DNA of 64,000 nt from Squalus acanthias (lineage: Eukaryota), in contig JASTWF010000327.1 of assembly GCA_030390025.1 (NCBI GenBank), forward strand, positions 434,001 to 498,000. Direction: 5' to 3'. Below the pieces are notes generated by a model that was not told where the DNA came from, did not search any database, and saw only the letters and a list, made by a program, of their open reading frames with translations. The translations under genes and the position numbers were made by a program. Below, piece after piece: positions 24,746 through 37,979 of the stretch (the first letter of the stretch is position 1; the number at the start of each line of letters is the position of its first letter).

Positions 24746-24925
24746 GTGTAAGTGGTCCCTGGATTTGGTCTCACAATGTAAATGGTCCCTAGATTTAGTG
24801 TTTCAGTGTAAGTGATAGCTGGATTTAGTGTCTGAGTGTAAGTACTTCCTGGATTTGGTGGCACAATGTAAGTGGTCCCTGCATTTAGTATCAAAGTGTC
24901 AGTGGGCCCTGGATTTGGTCTCAGG
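24746..24925. repeat. Degenerate 30-bp tandem repeat (~6 copies)
   Basis: Recurrent gtgtaagtggtccctggatttggt-like unit. Confidence 0.7.
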
Positions 24926-25291
24926 GAGGAAGCTTGCTGTCTCCATCTCCCCATCCCAGTCCTTCACTCAGCAGCCTTTGATCTTTTCTGGGCTCTCTTT
25001 TCCCAGCCTTGGTGTTTTGCTCCTTTTAATGTGGGTGAATCGGGACCTCTCCCCGCCGAACCCCCTCTGCTGCTCCATTTCCCTGCTGCACCTTTTGTGC
25101 TCAGATATTTCCCATTGAAAAGGGTGTTGAGCTGCAGAGCAGAGGAGCCGAGGCCCCACTGCAGAGTGAGTGAAGGGGACTGCAGGACGGGCGCGGGCTG
25201 AGCGCTCAAACCCCGCGGGGAAAGAAACCGGGAAAAAGTCAGGCTCTGATTGGAGGATCAGCGACCACGTGCAGGAGAGGCAGGTTTCAGT

Positions 25292-28200
25292 GCTCACCCC
25301 AACTCCTCTTTCACCCCAACTCTCCAACCCCCCTCACCCCAACTCCTCTTTCACCCCTACTCTCCAACCCCCCTCACCCCAACTCCTCTTTCACCCCTAC
25401 TCTCCAACCCCCCTCACCCCAACTCCTCTTTCACCCCTACTCTCCAACCCCCCTCACCCCAACTCCTCTTTCACCCCTACTCTCCAACCCCCCTCACCCC
25501 AACTCCTCTTTCACCCCAACTCTCCAACCCCCCTCACCCCAACTCCTCTTTCACCCCAACTCTCCAACCCCCCTCACCCCAACTCCTCTTTCACCCCTAC
25601 TCTCCAACCCGCCTCTCCCCAACTCCTCTTTCACCCCTACTCTCCAACCCGCCTCTCCCCAACTCCTCTTTCACCCCTACTCTCCAACCCCCTCACCCCA
25701 ACTCCTCTTTCACCCCTACTCTCCAACCCCCCTCACCCCAACTCCTCTTTCACCCCTACTCTCCAACCCCCCTCACCCCAACTCCTCTTTCACCCCTACT
25801 CTCCAACCCCCCTCTCCCCAACTCCTCTTTCACCCCTACTCTCCAACCCCCCTCACCCCAACTCCTCTTTCACCCCTACTCTCCAACCCCCCTCACCCCA
25901 ACTCCTCTTTCACCCCTACTCTCCAACCCCCCTCACCCTAACTCCTCTTTCACCCCTACTCTCCAACCCCCCTCACCCCAACTCCTCTTTCACCCCTACT
26001 CTCCAACCCCCTCACCCCAACTCCTCTTTCACCCCTACTCTCCAACCCCCTCACCCCAACTCCTCTTTCACCCCTACTCTCCAACCCCCTCACCCCAACT
26101 CCTCTTTCACCCCTACTCTCCAACCCCCTTCACCCCAACTCCTCTTTCACCCCTACTCTCCAACACCCCTCACCCCAACTCCTCTTTCACCCCTACTCTC
26201 CAACCCCCCTCACCCCAACTCCTCTTCACCCCTACTCTCCAACCCCCCTCACCCCAACTCCTCTTTCACCCCTAGTCTCCAACCCCCTCACCCCAACTCC
26301 TCTTTCACCCCTACTCTCCAACCCCCTCACCCCAACTCCTCTTTCACCCCTACTCTCCAACCCCCCTCACCCCAACTCCTCTTTCACCCCTACTCTCCAA
26401 CCCCCTCACCCCAACTCCTCTTTCACCCCAACTCTCCAACCCCCTCACCCCAACTCCTCTTTCACCCCTACTCTCCAACCCCCCTCACCCCAACTCCTCT
26501 TTCACCCCTACTCTCCAACCCCCCTCACCCCAACTCCTCTTTCACCCCTACTCTCCAACCCCCCTCACCCCAACTCCTCTTTCACCCCTACTCTCCAACC
26601 CCCTCACCCCAACTCCTCTTTCACCCCTACTCTCCAACCCCCCTCACCCCAACTCCTCTTTCACCCCTACTCTCCAACCCCCCTCACCCCAACTCCTCTT
26701 TCACCCCTACTCTCCAACCCCCCTCACCCCAACTCCTCTTTCACCCCTACTCTCCAACCCCCCTCACCCCAACTCCTCTTTCACCCCTACTCTCCAACCC
26801 CCTCACCCCAACTCCTCTTTCACCCCTACTCTCCAACCCCCCTCACCCTAACTCCTCTTTCACCCCTACTCTCCAACCCCCCTCACCCCAACTCCTCTTT
26901 CACCCCTACTCTCCAACCCCCTCACCCCAACTCCTCTTTCACCCCTACTCTCCAACCCCCTCACCCCAACTCCTCTTTCACCCCTACTCTCCAACCCCCC
27001 TCACCCCAACTCCTCTTTCACCCCTACTCTCCAACCCCCCTCACCCCAACTCCTCTTTCACCCCTACTCTCCAACCCCCTCACCCCAACTCCTCTTTCAC
27101 CCCTACTCTCCAACCCCCCTCACCCCAACTCCTCTTTCACCCCTACTCTCCAACCCCCTCACCCCAACTCCTCTTTCACCCCTACTCTCCAACCCCCTCA
27201 CCCCAACTCCTCTTTCACCCCTACTCTCCAACCCCCTCACCCCAACTCCTCTTTCACCCCTACTCTCCAACCCCCCTCACCCCAACTCCTCTTTCACCCC
27301 TACTCTCCAACCCCCTCACCCCAACTCCTCTTTCACCCCTACTCTCCAACCCCCTCACCCCAACTCCTCTTTCACCCCTACTCTCCAACCCCCTCACCCC
27401 AACTCCTCTTTCACCCTACTCTCCAACCCCTCTCCCCAACTCCTCTTTCACCCCTACTCTCCAACCCCCTCACCCCAACTCCTCTTTCACCCCTACTCTC
27501 CAACCCCCTCACCCCAACTTCTCTTTCACCCCTACTCTCCAACCCCCCTCACCCCAACTCCTCTTTCACCCCTACTCTCCAACCCCCCTCACCCCAACTC
27601 CTCTTTCACCCCTACTCTCCAACCCCCTCACCCCAACTCCTCTTTCACCCCTACTCTCCAACCCCCCTCACCCCAACTCCTCTTTCACCCCTACTCTCCA
27701 ACCCCCCTCACCCCAACTCCTCTTTCACCCCTACTCTCCAACCCCCCTCACCCTAACTCCTCTTTCACCCCTACTCTCCAACCCCCCTCACCCCAACTCC
27801 TCTTTCACCCCTACTCTCCAACCCCCCTCACCCCAACTCCTCTTTCACCCCTACTCTCCAACCCCCTCACCCCAACTCCTCTTTCACCCCTACTCTCCAA
27901 CCCCCCTCACCCCAACTCCTCTTTCACCCCTACTCTCCAACCCCCCTCACCCCAACTCCTCTTTCACCCCTACTCTCCAACACCCCTCACCCCAACTCCT
28001 CTTTCACCCCTACTCTCCAACCCCCTCACCCCAACTCCTCTTCACCCCTACTCTCCAACCCCCCTCACCCCAACTCCTCTTTCACCCCTACTCTCCAACC
28101 CCCTCACCCCAACTCCTCTTTCACCCCTACTCTCCAACCCCCTCACCCCAACTCCTCTTTCACCCCTACTCTCCAACCCCCCTCACCCCAACTCCTCTTT

Positions 28201-30465
28201 CACCCCTACTCTCCAACCCCCTCACCCCAACTCCTCTTTCACCCCTACTCTCAACCCCCTCACCCCAACTCCTCTTTCACCCCTACTCTCCAACCCCCCT
28301 CACCCCAACTCCTCTTTCACCCCAACTCTCCAACCCCCCTCACCCCAACTCCTCTTTCACCCCTACTCTCCAACCCCCCTCACCCCAACTCCTCTTTCAC
28401 CCCTACTCTCCAACCCCCTCACCCCAACTCCTCTTTCACCCCTACTCTCCAACCCCCCTCACCCCAACTCCTCTTTCACCCCTACTCTCCAACCCCCCTC
28501 ACCCCAACTCCTCTTTCACCCCTACTCTCCAACCCCCCTCACCCCAACTCCTCTTTCACCCCTACTCTCCAACCCCCCTCACCCCAACTCCTCTTTCACC
28601 CCTACTCTCCAACCCCCCTCACCCCAACTCCTCTTTCACCCCTACTCTCCAACCCCCCTCACCCAACTCCTCTTTCACCCCTACTCTCCAACCCCCCTCA
28701 CCCCAACTCCTCTTTCACCCCTACTCTCCAACCCCCTCACCCCAACTCCTCTTTCACCCCTACTCTCCAACCCCCTCACCCCAACTCCTCTTTCACCCCT
28801 ACTCTCCAACCCCCTCACCCCAACTCATCTTTCACCCCTACTCTCCAACCCCCTTCACCCCAACTCCTCTTTCACCCCTACTCTCCAAACCCCTCACCCC
28901 AACTCCTCTTTCACCCCTACTCTCCAACCCCCCTCACCCCAACTCCTCTTTCACCCCTACTCTCCAACCCCTCACCCCAACTCCTCTTTCACCCCAACTC
29001 TCCAACCCCCTCACCCCAACTCCTCTTTCACCCCTACTCTCCAACCCCCCTCACCCCAACTCCTCTTTCACCCCTACTCTCCAACCCCCTCACCCCAACT
29101 CCTCTTTCACCCCTACTCTCCAACCCCCCTCACCCCAACTCCTCTTTCACCCCACTCTCCAACCCCCTCACCCCAACTCCTCTTTCACCCCTACTCTCCA
29201 ACCCCCTCACCCCAACTCCTCTTTCACCCCTACTCTCCAACCCCCTCACCCCAACTCCTCTTTCACCCCTACTCTCCAACCCCCTCACCCCAACTCCTCT
29301 TTCACCCCACTCTCCAACCCCTCACCCCAACTCCTCTTTCACCCCAACTCTCTAACCCCCTCACCCCAACTCCTCTTTCACCCCTACTCTCCAACCCCTC
29401 ACCCCAACTCCTCTTTCACCCCTACTCTCCAACCCCCTCACCCCAACTCCTCTTTCACCCCTACTCTCCAACCCCGCTCACCCCAACTCCTCTTTCACCC
29501 CTACTCTCCAACCCCCCTCACCCCAACTCCTCTTTCACCCCTACTCTCCAACCCCCTCACCCCAACTCCTCTTTCACCCCTACTCTCCAACCCCCTCACC
29601 CCAACTCCTCTTTCACCCCTACTCTCCAACCCCCCTCACCCCAACTCCTCTTTCACCCCTACTCTCCAACCCCCCTCACCCCAACTCCTCTTTCACCCCT
29701 ACTCTCCAACCCCCTCACCCCAACTCCTCTTTCACCCCTACTCTCCAACCCCCTCACCCCAACTCCTCTTTCACCCCTACTCTCCAACCCCCCTCACCCC
29801 AACTCCTCTTTCACCCCTACTCTCCAACCCCCTCACCCCAACTCCTCTTTCACCCCTACTCTCCAACCCCCTCACCCCAACTCCTCTTTCACCCCTACTC
29901 TCCAACCCCCCTCACCCCAACTCCTCTTTCACCCCTACTCTCCAACCCCCCTCACCCCAACTCCTCTTTCACCCCTACTCTCCAACCCCCTCACCCCAAC
30001 TCCTCTTTCACCCCTACTCTCCAACCCCCCTCACCCCAACTCCTCTTTCACCCCTACTCTACAACCCCCCTCACCCCAACTCCTCTTTCACCCCTACTCT
30101 CCAAACCCCTCACCCCAACTCCTCTTTCACCCCTACTCTACAACCCCCCTCACCCCAACTCCTCTTTCACCCCTACTCTCCAAACCCCCTCACCCCAACT
30201 CCTCTTTCACCCCTACTCTCCAACCCCCCTCACCTCAACTCCTCTTTCACCCCTACTCTCCAACCCCCCTCACCCCAACTCCTCTTTCACCCCTACTCTA
30301 CAACCCCCCTCACCCCAACTCCTCTTTCACCCCTACTCTCCAAACCCCCTCACCCCAACTCCTCTTTCACCCCTTCTCTCCAACCCCCGTCACCCCAACT
30401 CCTCTTTCACCCCAACTCCTCTTTCACCCCTACTCTCCAACCCCCTCACCTCAACTCTCCAACCA
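25292..30465. repeat. 5.2-kb C-rich minisatellite, 39-40-bp unit (~130 copies)
   Basis: Unit ccctcaccccaactcctctttcacccctactctccaaccc, with a variable C-run length. Confidence 0.98.
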
Positions 30466-30608
30466 CACTCTCCTATTTACAAATGATTCTGCAGATTCTT
30501 CTGATTGGGATCTTTCTTTATTCTGTCCACTCGAGGAGTGTGATAACAGACTTTCTCCTGTGAATATGGAGCTGGAGTATTGGGCAGTGATGTGTTTATT
30601 TGTTCATC

Positions 30609-30996
30609 TTGTTGAGTCTAAAGATTGAGTCTTGTGCTTTCAGACACGAGATAATCAAGCTCACAACAGATTGTCTTTCACTGACTTTATTAACAGCACT
30701 GCAAAGATACAGACAGAGTATAGTTACCCGATCCGGAGAACAGGGATAATACAGTGGAATCAGAGCTCTCTTCTCCCCAGGTCTGTTCTAACAAGCTGCG
30801 ACTACACTGGCGATATTTATATTTAACTTGTTTACTACATTATTGACCTGGCCCTGCCCAAACCATAACCACAAGGATATCTGTGCATTGTTCTGACTGT
30901 GACCACAAGGCTGTGTCACTATCACACACACACACCGTTTCCTTCTTTCACATCTCCATACACAGACCATCTCTTTACACATCCCCTTTCTACACA
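30609..30996 (-). mobile_element. Solo-LTR-like repeat (~390 bp)
   Basis: On the - strand it starts TGTGTAG, contains TATAAA and AATAAA, and ends ...TCAACA; copies at 51729-52115 (+) and partially 37778-37975 (+). Confidence 0.55.
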
Positions 30997-31749
30997 ATTG
31001 CAGCCGACATGAGCAAGGACGTGAGGCTCATTAAAAGACACACTCATTTCATGACAGCAAAGGTTACACTGGGACTAATCTTCAGTTATTTTCCATTACA
31101 GGCAAAGTGCAGAACGGTCCAGCAGCACATGGCACCTTAACAGAGTCTCATCGGCCTACAATATAGAGCTGGAGGATGGGCCATGATCTGTTTACTTGTT
31201 CATCTCTTGTACAATACATTTGCTGAGCGCATTTAAATTGAAAACCAGGTTTGCAGGTGTGATTCTCTATTCACACATCGAAGGTGAGAGAGATGCTGTG
31301 GGTCACACGCTAAGTCCAGTAGCTGGCAGTGATTAACAGACTGGGTTTTGTGTTCGTGATCCCAGGCGTGTTACCTGATACCTTCCCCGGATACCAAGGC
31401 TAGGAGAGGCACTCTGGAAGGTATGGGGAGCTGGGACTTGTCCATGAGAGTAACCGAAAGTATGAGAACTGAAATAATCTAAAGTTAGAAAAGAGAAAAG
31501 GCCCCAAAATGGAGCAGTCAGTAACAGGACATCAATTAGTCTCCTCTTAGCTTGGAGAAATCGAATACTCAACACACTGTGTGTTTGAAACAAAGCTGAT
31601 TTATTTGACAGGTATCAAAATATTAAAATCCAGCCCAGTTATAGGGGTTATTAACATCAGCAGAAACAAACCCCAACTGTCAGAATGAACATGGTTCAGT
31701 CCTGGATGTGATTAACAGCAGCAATAACAGCAGAATCCAACCCCTGCAG

Positions 31750-32424
31750 TCACTTGTGAACTCGCTGGTGTTTCAGCAGGTTAGATGACTGAGTGAATCC
31801 CTTCCCACACACAGAGCAGGGAAATGGCCTCTCCCCAGTGTGAATATGCCGGTGTGTCAGAAGGTGGGATGAACGAGTGAATCCCTTCCCACACGTGGAG
31901 CAGGTGAACGGTCTCTCCCCGGTGTGAGTGCGTTGGTGTTTCAGCAGATCCCTTCTGCTTTTAAAGCTCTGCTCACAGTCAGCACATTTAAATGGTCTCG
32001 TATCAGTGTGAACAAGTTGATGTGCAGTGAGGGTGGATGACTGAGTGAATCTGTTCCCACACACGGAGCAGGTGAACGGCCTCTCCCCAGTGTGAGTGCG
32101 TTGGTGTTGCATCAGATGCTTTCTGCTTTTAAAGCTCTTCTCACAGTCAGAACATTTAAACGATCTCTTATTAGAGTGAACAAGTTGGTGTGCAGCGAGG
32201 CTGGAGGAGTTAGTGAATCCCTTCCCACACACAGAGCAGGTCAATGGCCTCTCCCCAGTGTGAATACGCTGGTGTGTCAGAAGGTGGCATAATTTAGTGA
32301 ATCCCTTCCCACACACGGAGCAGGTGAACGGCCTCTCCCCGGTGTGACTGCGTCGATGAGTTTCCAGCTCAGATGGGTAATTGAATCCCTTCCCACAGTC
32401 CCCACATTCCCACGGTTTCTCCGT
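31750..32424 (-). CDS. C2H2 zinc-finger gene D (8 fingers; open frame from ACG at 32424, ~224 aa)
   Basis: Uninterrupted frame EKPWECGDC...HQRVHK*; upstream in-frame TGAs at 32461-32463 and 32620-32622; acceptor near 32790. Confidence 0.8.
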   Translation of the reverse strand, partial: TEKPWECGDCGKGFNYPSELETHRRSHTGERPFTCSVCGKGFTKLCHLLTHQRIHTGERPLTCSVCGKGFTNSSSLAAHQLVHSNKRSFKCSDCEKSFKSRKHLMQHQRTHTGERPFTCSVCGNRFTQSSTLTAHQLVHTDTRPFKCADCEQSFKSRRDLLKHQRTHTGERPFTCSTCGKGFTRSSHLLTHRHIHTGERPFPCSVCGKGFTQSSNLLKHQRVHK

Positions 32425-33156
32425 GGTGCGGGTGTCCTTGTGTCTCTCCAGGTTGGATGATCAGTTGAAGCCTCGTCCACACACAGAACACGTGTACGGT
32501 TTCTCCCCGCTGTGAACGGTGCGATGTTTTTTCAGGCTGTGTAACTGGTTAAAGCTCTTTCCACAGTCAGTGCACTGGAACACTCTCACTCGGGTGTGTG
32601 TGTCTCGGTGCTTTTCCAGTCACACTGATGTTTGAAATCTTTTCCCACAGACAGAACAAACAAACATTTCTCCTTCCACATTCAAAGGCCGATGATATTC
32701 AGGTCCTGATGAATGGAGTGACTCTGCCAGATCTTGACGTGATGTTTGGTTTGAGTTTCCCATCTGCAAATCCTCCCCTTCTAATACCCTGTAAAAGGAG
32801 TTTAGAAAAGTCATCACTGTAAGTACAGGATAGAAATAAAGAACAGACAATTCTAGTTTCTATGGAACATTCTTTCCTCTCTTGTTCCCCGAAAGCTATA
32901 AATCCCCGTCCCACACACTCTCCCTCCTCCCTGTGCTGAAATCCAAACCCATCGCACCATCTCCAAATTTTTTCCTCTGCTCCCAGTTTTCTTCATCCTC
33001 TGAAGGTGCTGACTCTGGCTGGGTTCAGTTCTACACTCACTGGTTCCCCTCCCTCTCCTCCCGTGAAGGTGCTGACTGAATGGATTCAGTTCTACACTCA
33101 CTGGTTCCCCACCTTATGAACTGCTTCGGGCACTTTGTTTACCACACACACAGCAT

Positions 33157-33410
33157 AAGAACATAAGAATATAAGAAATAGGAGCAGGAGTAGACCAATC
33201 GGCCCCTCGAGCCTGCTCCGCCATTCAATGAGATCATGGCTGATCTGATCCAACCTCAACTCTAAAGAACACAAGAAGTAGGAGCAGGACCCGGCCACTC
33301 GGCCCCTGGGCCCGCTCCGCCACCCACAGGGCCTCGACCGATCTGAACTCAAACTCATGTCCAATTTCCAGCCCGCTCCCCGTAACCCCTGATTCCCTTT
33401 ACTTCTAGCA
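33157..33410 (-). mobile_element. CR1 3' UTR fragment
   Basis: cataagaa tail repeats; matches 42450-42730 and 63225-63500. Confidence 0.75.
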
Positions 33411-33584
33411 GACGCACATTAATCTGATGGGAGATCACTGACACACGAGCAGCCAGCGGTGTGGAGCCTCCCGAGAGTCCGGCCCCTTTCCAGCCAGTAT
33501 TTACAGGAGCTGGGGCACGGAAAACAGTCTAATTGAAATTAGTGATATATTTATTCACACAAACCAAGCCCCAAAATAATAAAT

Positions 33585-34318
33585 AATTTCTCCTTTATTT
33601 ACAGACGCTCCCTGACCAGTCACCATTTCTCCTCCATTTACAGACGCTCCCTGACCAGTCACCATTTCTCCTTTATTTACAGACGCTCCCTGACCAGTCA
33701 CCATTTCTCCTCCATTTACAGACGCTCCCTGACCAGTCACCATTTCTCCTCCATTTACAGACGTTCCCTGACCAGTCTCCATATCTCCTCCATTTACAGA
33801 CGCTCCCTGACCAGTCACCATTTCTCCTCCATTTACAGACGCTCCCTGACCAGTCACCATTTCTCCTCCATTTACAGACGTTCCCTGACCAGTCACCATT
33901 TCTCCTTTAGTTACAGACACTCCCTGACCAGTCTCCATTTCTCCTCCATTTACAGACGCTCCCTGACCAGTCACCATTTCTCCTTTAGTTACAGACACTC
34001 CCTGACCAGTCTCCATTTCTCCTCCATTTACAGACGCTCCCTGACCAGTCACCATTTCTCCTTTAGTTACAGACACTCCCTGACCAGTCTCCATTTCTCC
34101 TCCATTTACAGACGCTCCCTGACCAGTCACCATTTCTCCTTTAGTTACAGACACTCCCTGACCAGTCTCCATTTCTCCTCCATTTACAGACGCTCCCTGA
34201 CCAGTCACCATTTCGCCTCCATTTACAGACGCACCCTGACCAGTCACCATTTCTCCTCCATTTACAGACGCTCCCTGACCAGTCACCATTTCTCCTCCAT
34301 TTACAGACGCTCCCTGAC
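33585..34318. repeat. 39-bp minisatellite (~19 copies) with 78-bp higher-order alternation
   Basis: Unit catttctcctccatttacagacgctccctgaccagtcac alternates with a ...ctttagttacagacactcc... variant in the middle of the array. Confidence 0.95.
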
Positions 34319-34384
34319 TCGCTGGGGATTTCCCAGCACTTCCTGGTTGTCCCGGAGATTGTGTCTTAAACTGGCGGGTAGTTG

Positions 34385-35230
34385 TGGGGAGGCGGATAAT
34401 GTTGAGTGTTTTAATAATGGGGCCTGGGGCCGCACTCGGGGTGTGTGCAGCCCGCGTCCCCCCGGGGTTTATTAACCCGCTCCCTGAGCTCTCTCACCTG
34501 ATGTGTCAGCGGCTGCTGCCAAGGTCCGCGCATGCTCAGCTCACCTTCTGCTGTTCAGGTTCAAAGGTCAAGCCCCGCCCCTCACACACTCCGATTGGTT
34601 GGAGGACCCGCCGCCCGCTCGGTCCTCCAGTCCCGCCCTTCTCTTCCTATTGGTCCGGAGCTCCCGTCAATCACCCGGGCAGTGTGAGCTGAGCATGCGC
34701 GGACACATCAGGTGAGAGAGCTCAGGGATAACAACAGAAAACGCTGGAAAAACTCAGCAGGCCAGACAACATCCGTGGAGAGAGAAAGAGAGTTAACGTT
34801 TCAGGTTGAAACCCTTCGTCGGAACGTTCCGACGAAGGGTTTCGACCTGAAACGTTAACTCTCTTTCTCTCTCCACGGATGTTGTCTCGCCTGCTGAGTT
34901 TTTCCAGCGTTTTCTGTTGTTATTTCGGATTTCCAGCATCCGCAGTATTTTGCTATCGAGAGAGCTCAGGGAGCGGGTTAATAAACCCCGGGGGGACGCG
35001 GGCTGCACACACCCCGAGTGCGGCCCCCGGCCCCATTATTAAAACACCCCACATTATCCGCTTCACAAACACCAGGGGTGGGCCTCAGGCCCCGAACAAG
35101 AGCCTCCGGGCCGGGCGTTTGCCCCGAGCGGGGCGGCAGCTGCGGGGCTTTCTCCCGGTGACAGGCCCGGGTTAACGGCCGCCATCTTGACAGGCTCAGG
35201 GGGCAGCAGGGCGCATGCGCGGCCCCCTTG
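34385..35230. promoter_or_regulatory. Bidirectional CpG-island promoter between ZNF genes D and E, flanked by inverted repeats
   Basis: CCAAT/GC-box core at 34570-34680; inverted arms 34390-34508 and 34702-35061, each with CAG|GTGAGA; YY1-like site at ~35180. Confidence 0.7.
34729..34957. mobile_element. Palindromic Penelope-derived mini-element
   Basis: 15-bp TSD GAGAGAGCTCAGGGA (34714-34728 / 34958-34972); near-perfect ~196-bp palindrome centred at 34825/34826; hammerhead-like core with CCGACGA. Confidence 0.85.
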
Positions 35231-35669
35231 GCCAGGAACCAGGAGGAGAGAATCTTGGCAATTTCTATCCTGGACTCACAGTCATGGCTTTTGGAAACTT
35301 CTTTTACAGGCTGTGAGAAGCGCAGCATTTACACACTGCAAACTCTGACCAAACAACAACAACTTACCTTTATATAGCGCCTTTAAAATGTCACAGTAGT
35401 GCAGTCAGACAATAATCGACACACATACTTTGTTTGTGGTCCAGTGCACTGACACAAAGTTCCTTCACAACTGTAACAATTTTATTGCGGTTGCTGTGAA
35501 GGCTGCGCTCACTCTGCTCGTACACCTGGTCTCCAAAGGATGTTAACAGGACTAATGCTGCCGAGCTCAGCTCTTTTTGATCAGAAAATATCAGCTGTTT
35601 AGTCTCGCCAGGAAATGCACGAAAGAGGCAGCAGTGCTCATTGGCTGCCCAGGAAAGTCCTATTTAGAT

Positions 35670-35918
35670 TAAACTCCTTCACCCAGAGAGTGCTGAGAAT
35701 GTGGAACTTGCTGCCACAGGGAGTAGTTGAGGCGAAGAGCAGGGATGCATTTCAGGGGAAGCTGGATAAACACATGGGAGAAAGGAATAGAAGGAGATGC
35801 TGATAGGGTGAGATGAAGAGAGATGGGAGGAGGCTCGTGTGGAGCATAAACACCGCATGGACCAGTTGGGCTGATTGGCCTGTTTCTGTGCTGTACAATC
35901 TATGTTATTCGATGTAAT
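35670..35918 (+). mobile_element. CR1 3' fragment
   Basis: FTQRVLRMWNLLPQ...KLDKHM followed by a CR1 3' UTR. Confidence 0.75.
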
Positions 35919-36290
35919 AAGAGAGGAAAGAATGTTCCATAGAAACTGGAATTATCTGTTCTGCATTTTAATCCTCAACTTACAGTGATGTCTTTTGTAA
36001 ACTGCTTTTACAGGGAATATCATCAGCCTTTGAATGTGGAAGGAGAAATGTTTGCCTGTTCTGTCTGTGGGAAAAGATTTCAAACATCAGTGTGACTGGA
36101 AAAGCACCGAGACACACACACCCGAGTGAGAGTGTTCCAGTGCACTGACTGTGGAAAGAGCTTTAACCAGTTACACAGCCTGAAAAAACATCGCACCATT
36201 CACAGCGGGGAGAAACCGTACACGTATTCTGTGTGTGGACGAGGCTTCAACTGATCATCCAACCTGGAGAGACACAAGGACACCCGCACC

Positions 36291-37061
36291 ACGGAGAAAC
36301 CGTGGAAATGTGGGGACTGTGGGAAGGGATTCAGTTCCCTGTACCGTCTGGAAACTCATCGGCGCAGTCACACTGGGGAGAGGCCGTGCACCTGCTCTGA
36401 GTGTGGAAAGGGATTCAGTCAGTCATCCCAGCTGGTGAGACACCAGCGAGTTCACACTGGGGAGAGGCCGTTCACCTGCACTGTGTGTGGGAAGGGATTT
36501 GCTCAATTAACCAACCTCACTGAACACCAACTTGTTCACACTGAAAAGAGACCCTTCAAATGTTCTGACTGTGGGAAGAGCTTTAAAAGCGCAAGAGATC
36601 TGCTGACATACCAACAAACTCGCACTGGGGAGAGGCCGTTCACCTGCTCCGTGTGTGGGAAGGGATTCAGTAATTCATCCCACCTGCTGAGACACCAGCG
36701 AGTTCACACTGAGGAGAGGCCGTTCACCTGCTCCGTGTGTGGGAAGGGATTCAGTGATTCATCCAACCTGCTGAAACACCAGCAACTTCACACTGGGGAG
36801 AGGCCGTTCACCTGCTCCGTGTGTGGGAAGGGATTTGCTCGATTAACCAGTCTCACTAAACACCAACTTGTTCACGCTGAAAAGAGACCCATCAAATGTT
36901 CTAAGTGTGAGAAGATCTTTAAAAGCACAAGAGATCTGCTGACACACCAACACACTCACAGCGGAGAGAGGCCATTTACCTGCTCCGTGTGTGGGAAGGG
37001 ATTCACTCAGTCATGCCAACTGCTGAGACACCAGCGAGTTCATACTGGGGAGAGGCCATAA
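36291..37061 (+). CDS. C2H2 zinc-finger gene E (9 fingers, one degenerate, from ACG at 36291); a premature TAA at 37059-37061 removes 2 further fingers (ancestral stop 37215-37217)
   Basis: Open frame from ACG through HTGERP*; upstream TGAs at 36093-36095 and 36252-36254. Confidence 0.75.
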   Translation, partial: TEKPWKCGDCGKGFSSLYRLETHRRSHTGERPCTCSECGKGFSQSSQLVRHQRVHTGERPFTCTVCGKGFAQLTNLTEHQLVHTEKRPFKCSDCGKSFKSARDLLTYQQTRTGERPFTCSVCGKGFSNSSHLLRHQRVHTEERPFTCSVCGKGFSDSSNLLKHQQLHTGERPFTCSVCGKGFARLTSLTKHQLVHAEKRPIKCSKCEKIFKSTRDLLTHQHTHSGERPFTCSVCGKGFTQSCQLLRHQRVHTGERP

Positions 37062-37214
<153 letters not shown>

Positions 37215-37979
37215 TGACTGCAGGGGTTGGATTCTGCTGTTTTTGCTGCTGTTAATCACATCCAGGACTGAACCATATTCATTCTGACAGGTGAGGTTTG
37301 TTCCTGCTGATGAGAATACCTCCTGTAACTGGGCTGAAGTTTAATATTCTGGATAAATGTCAAATACACAGTGTGTCGAGTATTTCTTTCCTCCAAGGTA
37401 AGAGGAGACTAATTGATGTCCTGTTACAGACTGTTCCATTTTTGGGCTTTTTCTCCTTTCTAACTCCACATTATCTCAGTTCTAACACCTTCAGTTATTC
37501 TCAAGTCCCAGCTCCCCACACCTTCCAGAGAGCCTGCAATAGAAAATGACTGAAGATTTATCCCAATGTAACTATTGCTGTTATCCAAGGAAACAGGCTT
37601 GTATTTCTGTCGAACCTTTCACAACCTCAGGACGTCCCAAAGTGCTTTACAGACAAGGAAGTACTTTTGAAGTGTAGTCACTGTTCTAATGTAGGAAATT
37701 TGTGCACAGCAAGCTCCCACAAACAGCAGCGTGACATTGACCAGGTAATCTATTTTTCAATGACGTTGATTGAGGATAGAAGGGGATGTGTAAAGAGATG
37801 GTCTGTGTATGGAGATGTGAAAGAAGGAAACGGTGTGTGTGTGTGATAGTGACACAGCCTTGTGGTCACAGTCAGAACAATGCACAGATATCCTTGTGGT
37901 TATGGTTTGGGCAGGGCCAGATCAATAATGTAGTAAACAAGTTAAATATAAATATCGCCAGTGTAGTTGCAGCGAAGAA

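Noticed and set aside
25170..30563. 1797-aa Pro/Ser/Thr-rich ORF
   Set aside because: It is a by-product of a minisatellite almost free of stop codons on the C-rich strand; the frame drifts with C-run length and no domain is recognisable.
33555..34289. 244-aa ORF of MVTGQGASVNGGE repeats
   Set aside because: It is the translation of a 39-bp minisatellite in a predicted intron, with no other evidence of coding.
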